64,000 nt of DNA from a virus, in IMG/VR virus record IMGVR_UViG_3300020118_000164, positions 1 to 64,000 of that record; one strand, 5' to 3'. Every line of letters starts with the position of its first letter. The first letter of the stretch is position 1. The notes under the pieces are model-generated. The model ran no database searches. It saw only the letters and a list, made by a program, of their open reading frames with translations, and was not told where the DNA came from. The position numbers were made by a program, and so were the translations under genes. This document shows positions 29,392 through 38,019 of this stretch, one piece after another.

Positions 29392-29571
29392 CTAGTACTC
29401 GTTCTTCAGGAGCATGACGATGAGCCAGTACGCCCCAGCCTGCTCCGCGAGGTACTGGATTCCCTCGGTGTAGAGGAGGCTCGTGAAGTTGCGGAAGTAG
29501 CGTTCCGTTCCGCTGAACTGCCGGAGCGATGTGGTGAGGTCGGCCGGTGAGGCGCTGCCCTTGGTGTCCAT
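29392..29571 (-). CDS. 59-aa DUF6876-like minigene (apparent internal deletion)
   Basis: Own translation: LRQFSGTERYFR..LLYTEGIQYLAEQAGAYWLI joined directly to VMLLKNEY-stop. Confidence 0.6.
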   Translation of the reverse strand: MDTKGSASPADLTTSLRQFSGTERYFRNFTSLLYTEGIQYLAEQAGAYWLIVMLLKNEY

Positions 29572-29577
29572 GGGGAT

Positions 29578-29606
29578 ATAGTACGCACTGCGGACTAAGA
29601 AGTCAA
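29578..29606 (-). promoter_or_regulatory. promoter with operator family B, leaderless
   Basis: Minus strand TTGACT-N17-TACTAT-N6-ATG; site 29581-29595 is identical to 1048-1062. Confidence 0.8.
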
Positions 29607-29626
29607 TGGGTAATTTCTCTTTGGTG

Positions 29627-30025
29627 TCAATGACTTAGGATTTGCCTGGCGGGAGTGAGGTCATCCGCTGCCTTCGGCGCGCGTGGTCGCCAAAGACTCC
29701 AGCCGAGCAAGGAGCCGGCGAGTGCGCTTAAGGTCATGATCGTAATGACCACCTCTGGCACAGGGATGCCGAGCCACCGCGCCAGGAGGGAGGCGAGGAA
29801 AGTTCCATGGCTATGGGCGCCGCTGAGGCGGAGCGAAAGCTCCTGCAAGGGGCATCCGCCGCAGAGGATTTGGCTCAGCACCGTCACGGTGACCATCGCG
29901 ATTTGAAGACGATGAAGCCGACCGCGCGGCCAGAAATAGATCGCCACGCAGAGGGTGACCTGCAAGATCACCCAGGCGAGATGGAAGACGTCCACTGCGC
30001 GGGCGAGGTCGGGGTGTATGCCCAT
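29627..30025 (-). CDS. DUF2784-like membrane protein
   Basis: LA.AV..FHLAW..GGCPL.EL..RL; several TM segments. Confidence 0.65.
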   Translation of the reverse strand: MGIHPDLARAVDVFHLAWVILQVTLCVAIYFWPRGRLHRLQIAMVTVTVLSQILCGGCPLQELSLRLSGAHSHGTFLASLLARWLGIPVPEVVITIMTLSALAGSLLGWSLWRPRAPKAADDLTPARQILSH

Positions 30026-30032
30026 GGACAGC

Positions 30033-30062
30033 AGCCTAGCACCATGCTATGGTAGGCGTCAA
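30033..30062 (-). promoter_or_regulatory. promoter with operator A in the -35/-10 spacer
   Basis: Minus strand TTGACG-N18-TAGGCT-N7-ATG; operator 30040-30054. Confidence 0.75.
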
Positions 30063-30117
30063 GGCCCGGCGTTCGCGTAGTGCGGCGCGCGGCGTGATTG
30101 AGGGGAGTATCACCACG

Positions 30118-30573
30118 ATGGCACCGACGACCGCGCCAAAAACCTGTGGGGCGCTCTTTCAACAGTGCATTGACCATCTCCTGCCCATACCGATGACGCC
30201 GCTCCAGTTGTTCGCTGCCGGTATGGTCTACGGACAGGCTGAGAAGGTATATCTTGGGGCGTGCCAAGCATCGATGTTTCGACCATCCGCCGAGCACCGG
30301 GCGTGGCACCTCGAACTGACGCGGTATATATGCGACCTGATGGATCTGCGCCTGGTCACCGCGTTGCGCTTCGAGATCTCCGACGAGATATGGATATGCC
30401 GCCCAGGGGCCGAGCGCATACTCCGTGAATGTCTAGAGCGCGACGAGGTCAACTCGCCGGCCTGGCATACCTTCCGGGGGTTGATGACCGGGGTACCAAT
30501 GGATGAGGTGGACATGGAATTTCACCGACGCAGAGGCTTCGGGCTTCCGTGCGATCGGGTGACGCGAACCTAA
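30118..30573 (+). CDS. hypothetical protein
   Basis: GAGGGGAG RBS; coupled to the next gene. Confidence 0.6.
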   Translation: MAPTTAPKTCGALFQQCIDHLLPIPMTPLQLFAAGMVYGQAEKVYLGACQASMFRPSAEHRAWHLELTRYICDLMDLRLVTALRFEISDEIWICRPGAERILRECLERDEVNSPAWHTFRGLMTGVPMDEVDMEFHRRRGFGLPCDRVTRT

Positions 30574-31028
30574 TGACCGATGCACTCGCCCTCCGCACCG
30601 CTGACGCCATAGCGGAGTTGTGCCTAAGCGGCAAGCTCGACAAGCAAGGCCGCCCGCTGATTGAGCACGTCCGCCGAGTCGCCGCGGCGTGCGCTGGCCT
30701 CTCACTAGATCAGCGTCTCGCCGCCCTTTTGCACGAGTGCATAGAAGACGGTGGCCTAGAATCTCGCGGCATCAGCCTCATCTTCGGGCACTCCGTTGGA
30801 CAAATGGTGTGGCTGCTAAGCCGACGCCCCGGCGAACCGTACCTGGAAGCCTACATCCCCGCTATAGCGCGGCTCTTCCCGGCGGCCATCCCAGTCAAGC
30901 TGGCCGACCTCGCCGACAACCTAGACCCCTCCCGCGGCCCGATCCCGGACTCCCTCCGGCGGCGATATGAGAGGGCGCGGGAGATCCTGATATCGTCCGC
31001 TGCGGAGGATGCCCATGCCGGACGATGA
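30573..31028 (+). CDS. HD-domain small alarmone hydrolase-like protein (HD replaced by HE)
   Basis: DKQGRPLIEHVRRVA, AALLHECIED, VKLADLADN. Confidence 0.75.
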   Translation: MTDALALRTADAIAELCLSGKLDKQGRPLIEHVRRVAAACAGLSLDQRLAALLHECIEDGGLESRGISLIFGHSVGQMVWLLSRRPGEPYLEAYIPAIARLFPAAIPVKLADLADNLDPSRGPIPDSLRRRYERAREILISSAAEDAHAGR

Positions 31029-32055
31029 ACAGCCGTTACTTTTCGACCTCCCGCCGGAATGGAGGTCGAAGTGGGAGGGGATGCCGGACTTTGAGCAGAG
31101 AGACCAAGAGGCGTTCGACTCAATCACCGTCCATTTCCGCAATGATGATGACCGCCGAGCATTCCTAGCGCTCCTCGGTGAGCACCCCATGCGCCGACGC
31201 TCAATCTGGTATCCGCGGATGGAACTTGTAACGCAGAGTGAAAGAAACGCCGCGCCGACCACTGTCGAGCAAGGCTCCTATCCAATCTATGTCATCTCCA
31301 AGGGCCGATGGGAGTGGAGTCAGCGGCTCACTTGCCGCGCGCTTGATAAGCTCGGGATTCCTTATCACCTGGTCATTGAGCCGCAGGAATATGATAGCTA
31401 CGCGGTCATACCGTGCCGCACGGGCGTGATCCTAACGCTTCCGTTCAGTAATCTCGGAAGCGGCTCAATCCCTGCCCGGAATTGGGTTTGGGAGCATTCG
31501 GTCGCGAGTGGAGCGCGGCGCCATTGGATTCTCGATGACAATATGGACGGCTTCTATAGGCTGAATGAGAACCTAAAAACCAAGGTCATCGACTCAAACC
31601 CATTCATTCCTGTTGAGCAGTTCGCGGATCGCTATTCTAACGCCGCCATGGCGGGGATGAACTATGAGTTTTTCGCAAACCGGAGGAGCAAGAAACCGCC
31701 GTTCTATCTCAACACGCGGGTTTACTCCTGCATTCTAATTGACAACAACATTCCCTTCCGCTGGCGGGGTCGGTACAATGAAGACACGGACCTATCCCTT
31801 CGCGTGCTTAAGGCGGGTCTCTGTACGGTGCTTTTTAACGCACTCCTCTGCAAGAAGATGCCCACGATGACCATGGGCGGCGGCAACACCGCGGAGCTTT
31901 ACAAGGATGATGGTCGGTTGCTCATGGCGCAGTCTCTCCAGGAGCAGCACCCGGACGTGGTGACGATCACGCGCAAATGGAATCGCTGGCAGCACCAGGT
32001 CAACTACAAGCCCTTTAGAAGGAACAAACTGATCCCCGTTGAGGAGGTGACCTGA
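31009..32055 (+). CDS. TAGT/GREB1-like glycosyltransferase (putative DNA base modification)
   Basis: YPIYVISKGR, VIEPQEY..Y, PARNWVWEHS, HWILDDN, NTRVYSCILI, WRGRYNEDTDLSLRVLK, MGGGN. Confidence 0.75.
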   Translation: MPMPDDEQPLLFDLPPEWRSKWEGMPDFEQRDQEAFDSITVHFRNDDDRRAFLALLGEHPMRRRSIWYPRMELVTQSERNAAPTTVEQGSYPIYVISKGRWEWSQRLTCRALDKLGIPYHLVIEPQEYDSYAVIPCRTGVILTLPFSNLGSGSIPARNWVWEHSVASGARRHWILDDNMDGFYRLNENLKTKVIDSNPFIPVEQFADRYSNAAMAGMNYEFFANRRSKKPPFYLNTRVYSCILIDNNIPFRWRGRYNEDTDLSLRVLKAGLCTVLFNALLCKKMPTMTMGGGNTAELYKDDGRLLMAQSLQEQHPDVVTITRKWNRWQHQVNYKPFRRNKLIPVEEVT

Positions 32056-32376
32056 TGCCGGGTAGAACGCGCGGTAGCTGCCGATTTGAGACCTACTACC
32101 AGGTCCAGGTGCGGGATGAGATGAGCGCCGCATGGAAGACCGTCAAGGGCAACCACGCGACTGAGAAGGCGGCTCACGCCGCCGCGCCGGCCGGGAAGTA
32201 CCGGGTCGCCACGGTCTCTGAAGCGGGGCGCTCCTACTCCCCGATCCAGAATCGCTAGGCCGACCAATTGCGCGTGCGAGGGAGATCTTGATGGGAGGCT
32301 AGATTTCCCCTCTTGACTCACCCCTCGCCGTTGCTATAGCTTTTCCTCCTGCGCTACCCGTGCAACAGGAGGGGAG

Positions 32377-32616
32377 ATGGCTGACCTTTTGGAGTTGTCG
32401 CGCAACCTTGACCCTGAGCAGTCCGTCCGCGGAGTCCCTCTTGGTTCCGGTGTGGCAGGACGGAACCTCGCCGTCATCGAGGAGATGCGATCCCGCGGCT
32501 TCACCTGGAGAGAGATCTGCAAGTTCCTGTCCGACCATGGCGAGTATGACGGCCGACCAGATGGCCTCCGCACCTGCTACGTCGCCTACAAAAAGGCTGC
32601 CGGGCGGAGAGGGTAG
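32377..32616 (+). CDS. small helical protein, possible regulator
   Basis: First gene after a TTGACT promoter at 32313; AGGAGG RBS. Confidence 0.5.
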   Translation: MADLLELSRNLDPEQSVRGVPLGSGVAGRNLAVIEEMRSRGFTWREICKFLSDHGEYDGRPDGLRTCYVAYKKAAGRRG

Positions 32617-32626
32617 CAACGCGCCT

Positions 32627-33610
32627 ATGAGCCGTATGCGCACGCGCCTGATTGAGCCCGGATTCTTCCAAAATGAAGACCTCGCCGCCCTACCGCCGTT
32701 CGGTCGTCTGCTGTTCGCGGGATTGTGGTGTCTCGCGGATCGGGAGGGCCGACTAGACGACAGACCGCCCAAAATCCGGGCGCTTCTCTTCGCCTATGAG
32801 GAGGTTCCGGTTGATGAACTCCTCGGCGGGTTAGCCAAGGCTGGCCTTGTGACGCGGTATGAGGTAGGCGGCCGCAAGTACCTGCAAGTCAATAAGTTCC
32901 TCGAACATCAGAAGCCTCATCCCCGCGAAGAAAAATCCATCATCCCTTCCCCAGGGTTAGCCAAGGTTAGCCCTGGGCCAACCTTGGACACGCCAAGGCG
33001 CGTGGTATTAGTTTCTGTTTCTAATTCTGTTTCTACTTCTTCTGCGTCGAGCCCTGCGGACTCGACGCCGGAACCGGAACTCTTCAAGCTCGATACGCCG
33101 CCGATCCCAGAGCCGGTGCTCGTGTTCCCGGCGAAGGGAGAGCCGAAGCAATGGCACCTCACCCCTGCGAAGCTCGCCGAATGGCAGGGGACCTTCCCCG
33201 ATCTCGATGTCCTCGGCACATGTCGGAAAGCCCTCCAGTGGTTGCGTGACAACCCACAACACGGGAAGACCGCCAAGGGTATGACGAAGTACATTGGGGG
33301 TTTTTTGGGGCGCGAGCAGAACGACCCGCGTAGCGCCCTCCGGCGGAACGTCTCACGCGGCAACGGCAACGGCAATGGTAGGGCTCACGAGCTCACCGCC
33401 GAGGAACAGGGCCGGTGGTACAAGCTCATCAAGCGGGGCCGGGTTGGCCTTGCTGACGGCCATGTGCCGGGGTGGCGCGACTGGCTCGATGAGCTAGAGA
33501 CGGTGCCGCAATCGGCGGGCGCCGATGCGCTCTCGGCGAAGCTCGACGAGCTGTTCGCCCGGAAGCATGCGGCCGAGACGGCCCACGGTTCCGAGGTCGC
33601 GCATGGCTAA
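32627..33610 (+). CDS. phage replication initiator protein
   Basis: R.RLIEPGFF.NEDL..L....RLLF.GLWCLADREGRL N-terminal domain; immediately upstream of DnaB. Confidence 0.8.
   Translation: MSRMRTRLIEPGFFQNEDLAALPPFGRLLFAGLWCLADREGRLDDRPPKIRALLFAYEEVPVDELLGGLAKAGLVTRYEVGGRKYLQVNKFLEHQKPHPREEKSIIPSPGLAKVSPGPTLDTPRRVVLVSVSNSVSTSSASSPADSTPEPELFKLDTPPIPEPVLVFPAKGEPKQWHLTPAKLAEWQGTFPDLDVLGTCRKALQWLRDNPQHGKTAKGMTKYIGGFLGREQNDPRSALRRNVSRGNGNGNGRAHELTAEEQGRWYKLIKRGRVGLADGHVPGWRDWLDELETVPQSAGADALSAKLDELFARKHAAETAHGSEVAHG
32951..33043. repeat. candidate replication origin: iteron-like repeats plus AT-rich tract
   Basis: CCAGGG/CCAAGG/CCCTGG/CCTTGG/CCAAGG at 10-11 bp spacing, then GTTTCT-like hexamer repeats (33011-33043), inside the initiator gene. 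Confidence 0.55.
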
Positions 33611-34934
33611 CGCATCCATCGTCCTCACCCTTCCGCAGCCAAGCCTGCCGGAACACGAGAACTCCCTCCTCGGCGCGCTCCTCCTGTTCCCGGAGAAGCT
33701 GAAAGAGGTGGAGGATCTCTACCCGTCCGACTTCTACGGCGAGCGTACACGCATACTGTTCCAAGCGATGCTAGACCTCGATGCAGACGGCGAGCCGATA
33801 GACCATCTCTCACTCAAAGACCGAATCGGCGAGGAGGTCTGGGAGCGGATCGGCGGGTACGCATGGCTTTGTGCTCTCGATCTCGACATGCCTGACGTAG
33901 GAAATCTGCCGGTTTGGTCGAAGGCGATTAAGACAGCCTCGGCGGCGCGAGCGGCGGCGTGCGTCGCACTTGATCTCGCGCGGCAGGTAGGAGGTAAGGG
34001 ATCGCTCGCGGACGCCCTCGGGCTCGCGGCGGAGCGGCTCGAAGTCTTGCGCGATGGACTTCCTGGCGCGATCCGCACCTGGTCATCACTCGGGCATTCC
34101 CCATCCGAGGAAGAGTTACTCGCCCCGTACACCCCCGAGCAGCTCGCGTTACAGGTCAAGACGGGACTGCCAACCGTAGACGCCGCCGGCCTCATGGGGC
34201 CTTCGACCTTGAACCTCATCGTCGCGAGGACGGGTGTCGGCAAGACGGCGCTCGCCCTCCAGATCGCCGCGCACAACGCAATCACGCGGCGCCTCCCTGG
34301 CGGATATGTCTCGCTTGAGATGCCGAAGAAGCGCCTAATACAACGCATCATTGCGGCTCGTGCGCGGGTGGACTACACGCACATTCACACACATCGCCTG
34401 AGTGACTATGAACGCGCGGACTGTTCACGGGCCTACCAGGAGATTCAAGGCGCACCACTATTCTTCGATGACAGACCATCGCTGACGGCGGGACAGATTG
34501 GACTCGCGATTCGGCGCCTCAAGATCGAGCACCGAGACGCGGCGTGGTTTGTGGTGGACTACCTGAGCTTGATTGAGTTGGAGCGGCAGGATGTTCGCCG
34601 GCCGGACCTGCCACTAGCGAAGATCGCGGAGGGGTTAGCGAGTTTGGCGCGGCAGCTAGAGATCCACATTACGCTATTGTGCCAGCTCTCGCGGCGCGGC
34701 GAGCAGGAGAATCGCGAGCCGATCTTGACGGACATCAGCGACAGCGATGGACTCGCGAAGCCCGCCAACAGCGTGCTAGCCGTACATCGCGGCTATCGCC
34801 AGGATGAGCCGGGCGTGAGGGATGACATCGGTTACGTCACGACGCTCAAGCACAGAGATGGACCGCAGCCGAGAGTCAAGATTCGGTTCCTTGGCGCCTT
34901 CCAGACATTCCGCGAGGAGACGGGAGATCGATGA
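33603..34934 (+). CDS. dnaB: DnaB-like replicative helicase
   Basis: E.SLLGALL, DFY, ARTGVGKTA, SLEM, VVDYL, LCQLSR, KHRDG. Confidence 0.92.
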   Translation: MANASIVLTLPQPSLPEHENSLLGALLLFPEKLKEVEDLYPSDFYGERTRILFQAMLDLDADGEPIDHLSLKDRIGEEVWERIGGYAWLCALDLDMPDVGNLPVWSKAIKTASAARAAACVALDLARQVGGKGSLADALGLAAERLEVLRDGLPGAIRTWSSLGHSPSEEELLAPYTPEQLALQVKTGLPTVDAAGLMGPSTLNLIVARTGVGKTALALQIAAHNAITRRLPGGYVSLEMPKKRLIQRIIAARARVDYTHIHTHRLSDYERADCSRAYQEIQGAPLFFDDRPSLTAGQIGLAIRRLKIEHRDAAWFVVDYLSLIELERQDVRRPDLPLAKIAEGLASLARQLEIHITLLCQLSRRGEQENREPILTDISDSDGLAKPANSVLAVHRGYRQDEPGVRDDIGYVTTLKHRDGPQPRVKIRFLGAFQTFREETGDR

Positions 34935-35438
34935 CCGACGAAGAAAGAGAGGCCGATTTCCGTTGGCAGGCTATGCGGTCCATGAGCGAGAGTATCGCGG
35001 CGCGGCAGAAGGCCGGTGCCTCGCCGGATGAGTTGCTCACCCTCGCGGAGGAACGGCTTGCGCTGGCCCGCGAGTTTCACGGCGTGGCGCTGAAGGATTC
35101 CGCGCGGTGAGCCACCTGCCGCTCTTCGACCCGCCGGAGCCAGCACGCGAACAGCGCGCCGCGGCTCTCGCTATCCTCCCGCCGCCGCCTGATCGCGGAC
35201 CCTGGGTTCCAAGCGCCCGACAGGACCCCTGCGCTCACGCAGAAGTGTGCGAGGGTTGTGCGGACTGCGAACGGTGGCGCGCCTTCTTCGTCGAGTGCTC
35301 GTGCTGTGGCCGGTACCAGCACGAGCGAACGATGTACGGCACCCGTTGCCGGCTCTGCCAAATCAAGGCGAAGAATGAGCTAGACCCCGAAACGGAGCGC
35401 TTCGCCTGGGAACCTCCATGGTGACCGAAATTAACCCC

Positions 35439-35467
35439 TTGACGCGCACCCTAGCATGGTGTACGCT
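35439..35467 (+). promoter_or_regulatory. promoter with operator A (one mismatch) in the spacer
   Basis: TTGACG-N17-TACGCT; CACCCTAGCATGGTG at 35447-35461. Confidence 0.75.
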
Positions 35468-35765
35468 TTCCCCCGCGATGAGAAATTCAAGCCTCTACCT
35501 CGGCGCCCCCGCAGCGATCTCTGCGGCGGATAGGGGCTCTCGCGTGCAGTGCGAGCGGGGACGCCGAGGAGAGGTGTCAGCGTGAGGCGCAACCGGGTAT
35601 CCAACCACGGCGGCGCACGCCCCGCCCCGCGTAGGAAGAGCGGGGCGGGGCCGCGTCGGTACCCGCGGGGGCTTCGCGAACGGAATGAGACACTCCGATT
35701 CGCGCGGTTAGCGGCGCGGCTCAAAAGGGTGAGCGCGACCGCCTGCGACGCGTCGAAGTCTGCGG

Positions 35766-36074
35766 GTGAGTGAACGCATGACTTCTTTCGGCCAGGTCAA
35801 CACGGCCCTGCTCGTCACGGGCACGCACCGTGACGGCTCGGCCCGGATCGAAGTCCGGCAATCCATCGCGAGCCGAGATCTCCACCCCGGCCAGCGGTTC
35901 ACGAGCGCGCAGGGCACGGAGTACGCCGTCGCCTTGGATGGTTCTGTGCGCCGGGTCATGCGCCGTCGAGCCCGCGGGGCGTCGGCTCGGCAGATAAGAA
36001 TCGCAACCAAGGCGCGGCGCGAGGCGGCGCGGATCGCCGCGAAGAACCAAGAAAGGGTGAGCGCTAATGGCTAA
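35766..36074 (+). CDS. hypothetical basic protein
   Basis: Coupled ORF. Confidence 0.55.
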   Translation: MSERMTSFGQVNTALLVTGTHRDGSARIEVRQSIASRDLHPGQRFTSAQGTEYAVALDGSVRRVMRRRARGASARQIRIATKARREAARIAAKNQERVSANG

Positions 36075-36396
36075 GAGCACACAGGCAGAACAGGCCCCCG
36101 TGGGCCGCAAGCCGCGAGGCCCCAACCGCACCACCTTCTTGCCGCCGGCCACGCTCGACGACGAGATCAAGGCGGTGAGCGAGAAAACCGGCGTCCCGAT
36201 CCCGAAGCTGCGCGGCTACGTGCAGGCTGAAGCGGCGACGCTGCTCGCCGGACTGCGCGGGAAGGTTCTCGAAATCTACGCCCGCGCGGTCGGCCTCTCC
36301 GCAGGCTCGCCGGTCGCCGAATACAAGCGCGACTTCAACCACGGCACGGGCGAGACCGGGCTGTCCGTGCTGCCAGCCGACGAGCCGGCGAGTTAG
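36067..36396 (+). CDS. hypothetical protein
   Basis: Strong GC3 codon bias. Confidence 0.6.
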   Translation: MAKSTQAEQAPVGRKPRGPNRTTFLPPATLDDEIKAVSEKTGVPIPKLRGYVQAEAATLLAGLRGKVLEIYARAVGLSAGSPVAEYKRDFNHGTGETGLSVLPADEPAS

Positions 36397-36401
36397 GCGG
36401 A

Positions 36402-36833
36402 ATGATGCCGAAACACAAACACGTCCACGTTCACTACCATGAACACGGCGGCGGCGAGATTCGAGACAAGCTCGACCTCATCCTCGCCAAATTGACCAAG
36501 GAGGATGAAGTCATGAGCGCCCATTCCGACGCCCTCGCCGCCCTCGAATCGATCGCCCAGAAGCTAGAGGGTGACCTCGGCTTGTCGATCGCGGAGAAGC
36601 AGTCCCTCCAGTCCCAGAAGGACGACCTCGCCGCACAGCTCGCCGCCGCGAAGGCGGAGGACGACACCGAGGCCATCCAAGCGCTGAGCACGCAGCTCCA
36701 GGCGCTCGACGCGCAGCTCGCCCCGGCGCCGGCGCCGGCCCCCGCGCCTGAGCCAGTCCCGGCGACCCCGGCCGCGACCAACCCCGACGGCACCGCGGTC
36801 GTCACGACCGATCAGCCGCCACCGACCGCGTAG
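36402..36833 (+). CDS. coiled-coil protein with His-rich N-terminus and Pro/Ala tail
   Basis: HKHVHVHYHEH; PAPAPAPAP tail. Confidence 0.65.
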   Translation: MMPKHKHVHVHYHEHGGGEIRDKLDLILAKLTKEDEVMSAHSDALAALESIAQKLEGDLGLSIAEKQSLQSQKDDLAAQLAAAKAEDDTEAIQALSTQLQALDAQLAPAPAPAPAPEPVPATPAATNPDGTAVVTTDQPPPTA

Positions 36834-36844
36834 GCTCGCGCGCC

Positions 36845-37125
36845 ATGAGTTGGAGCATCAACATCATCGGCAAGCCTAGCGCGGTTGCGGCCGAGCTTGC
36901 GAAGCACGCTGAGAGCCTTTCCGGCGAGTCACGCCGGGAGTTCGAGGCGGCTCTGCCATCGCTCGTCGCCCTCTGCCACGAGAACTTCGCGAACGGCGGC
37001 GGCTATACTGAGCCCGTCCTTGTCCTCGAAGCGAGCGGCCACGGCACGGCAGTGCCAGAGACGGCAAGGATCTCGCTCGGTCGCTTGCTGTCAACCTCCG
37101 CCCGATGTACGGCAAGGTCGTCTAG
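36845..37125 (+). pseudogene. ~91-aa phage protein frameshifted by a 5-nt duplication
   Basis: ACGGC-ACGGC at 37041-37050; removing one copy gives ...SGHGSARDGKDLARSLAVNLRPMYGKVV-TAG(37123-37125). Confidence 0.6.
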
Positions 37126-37127
37126 GC

Positions 37128-37790
37128 ATGAACTCTCCGACGCGGCAGTCACGCAGGGCGCAGGTGCCCGAAACCGCGGGGACTGCCGCGCCGGAGCTGT
37201 TCATCCCAACACGAAAGCGGCGAGAGGAGGACTCGCATACCGCGATTCCGCGGTCGGTGGAAGCCTGGCTAGTTTCATCTCCCGCGGCCCTCTCGGGGAC
37301 TACGGCACACACCCCGGACGGGCCGTGTCACAACCCGGAGTCTCGGCGGGGGAGTACCGAGACATGAATGGAGAAGGGGCCAAGGTGCCCCTCGCACCGG
37401 GGAGCCCGGCACCCTGCGAGTGCACGGCCCGAAGTACCGCAAGCGGACGGCGCGTGAGCCGAAGCGGTGGTCGTGCAGGGGCTTGGGGTGAACAGCCGAG
37501 CGGGCGGCGCCGCGGAGCGGGTGAAAGCCCCGCGTTTCCCTTCGATACACCGAAGGGCGCCGCGCATCAGTACCGGCGAGTCATCGGGGGCCGAGCAGCC
37601 ATCCTCTGGCGGGGCGCTCAGCTTGGGTTGTGCGAGGAGGGGATCGGGTACCTCGCCCAACCGACGACTCCGCGCCGCCAGGCCGGAGCGCAACTGCCCA
37701 CTGCCGCAGGACCGGCGCCGGACCCGACTCGGCGCCGGGCTTCATAATCCCCGCTTCGGGGGCGGTTTCACGGCGACCGTTAATTTGCCG
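37128..37790 (+). ncRNA. candidate large structured ncRNA (GOLLD/ROOL size class)
   Basis: More than ten stems across ~650 nt with no credible ORF; see finding. Confidence 0.6.
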
Positions 37791-38019
37791 CGTACTGAGG
37801 AGGCTCGCAAATGAATGCCAGGTTCAGGTTTGAGAATGAGGTCGGCGCCGATGTCTACGCAGGGGCGATCCCGATCGGCGACACCCTTCGCCCCGGAGAG
37901 TACGTAATGCTTCGGATCGATTGCGGGTTGGAGGATGAACACACCGAGACGATGGTTCCGATGCGCAAGGCAGAGGCCCGCGCACTCGCCAGCGCCATCA
38001 TGGGCGTGGCGGCGGAGCT

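Noticed and set aside
37128-37790. tmRNA, RNase P RNA or tRNA cluster
   Set aside because: No GTTCGA T-arm/CCA end and no GAGGAAAGTCC RNase P signature found
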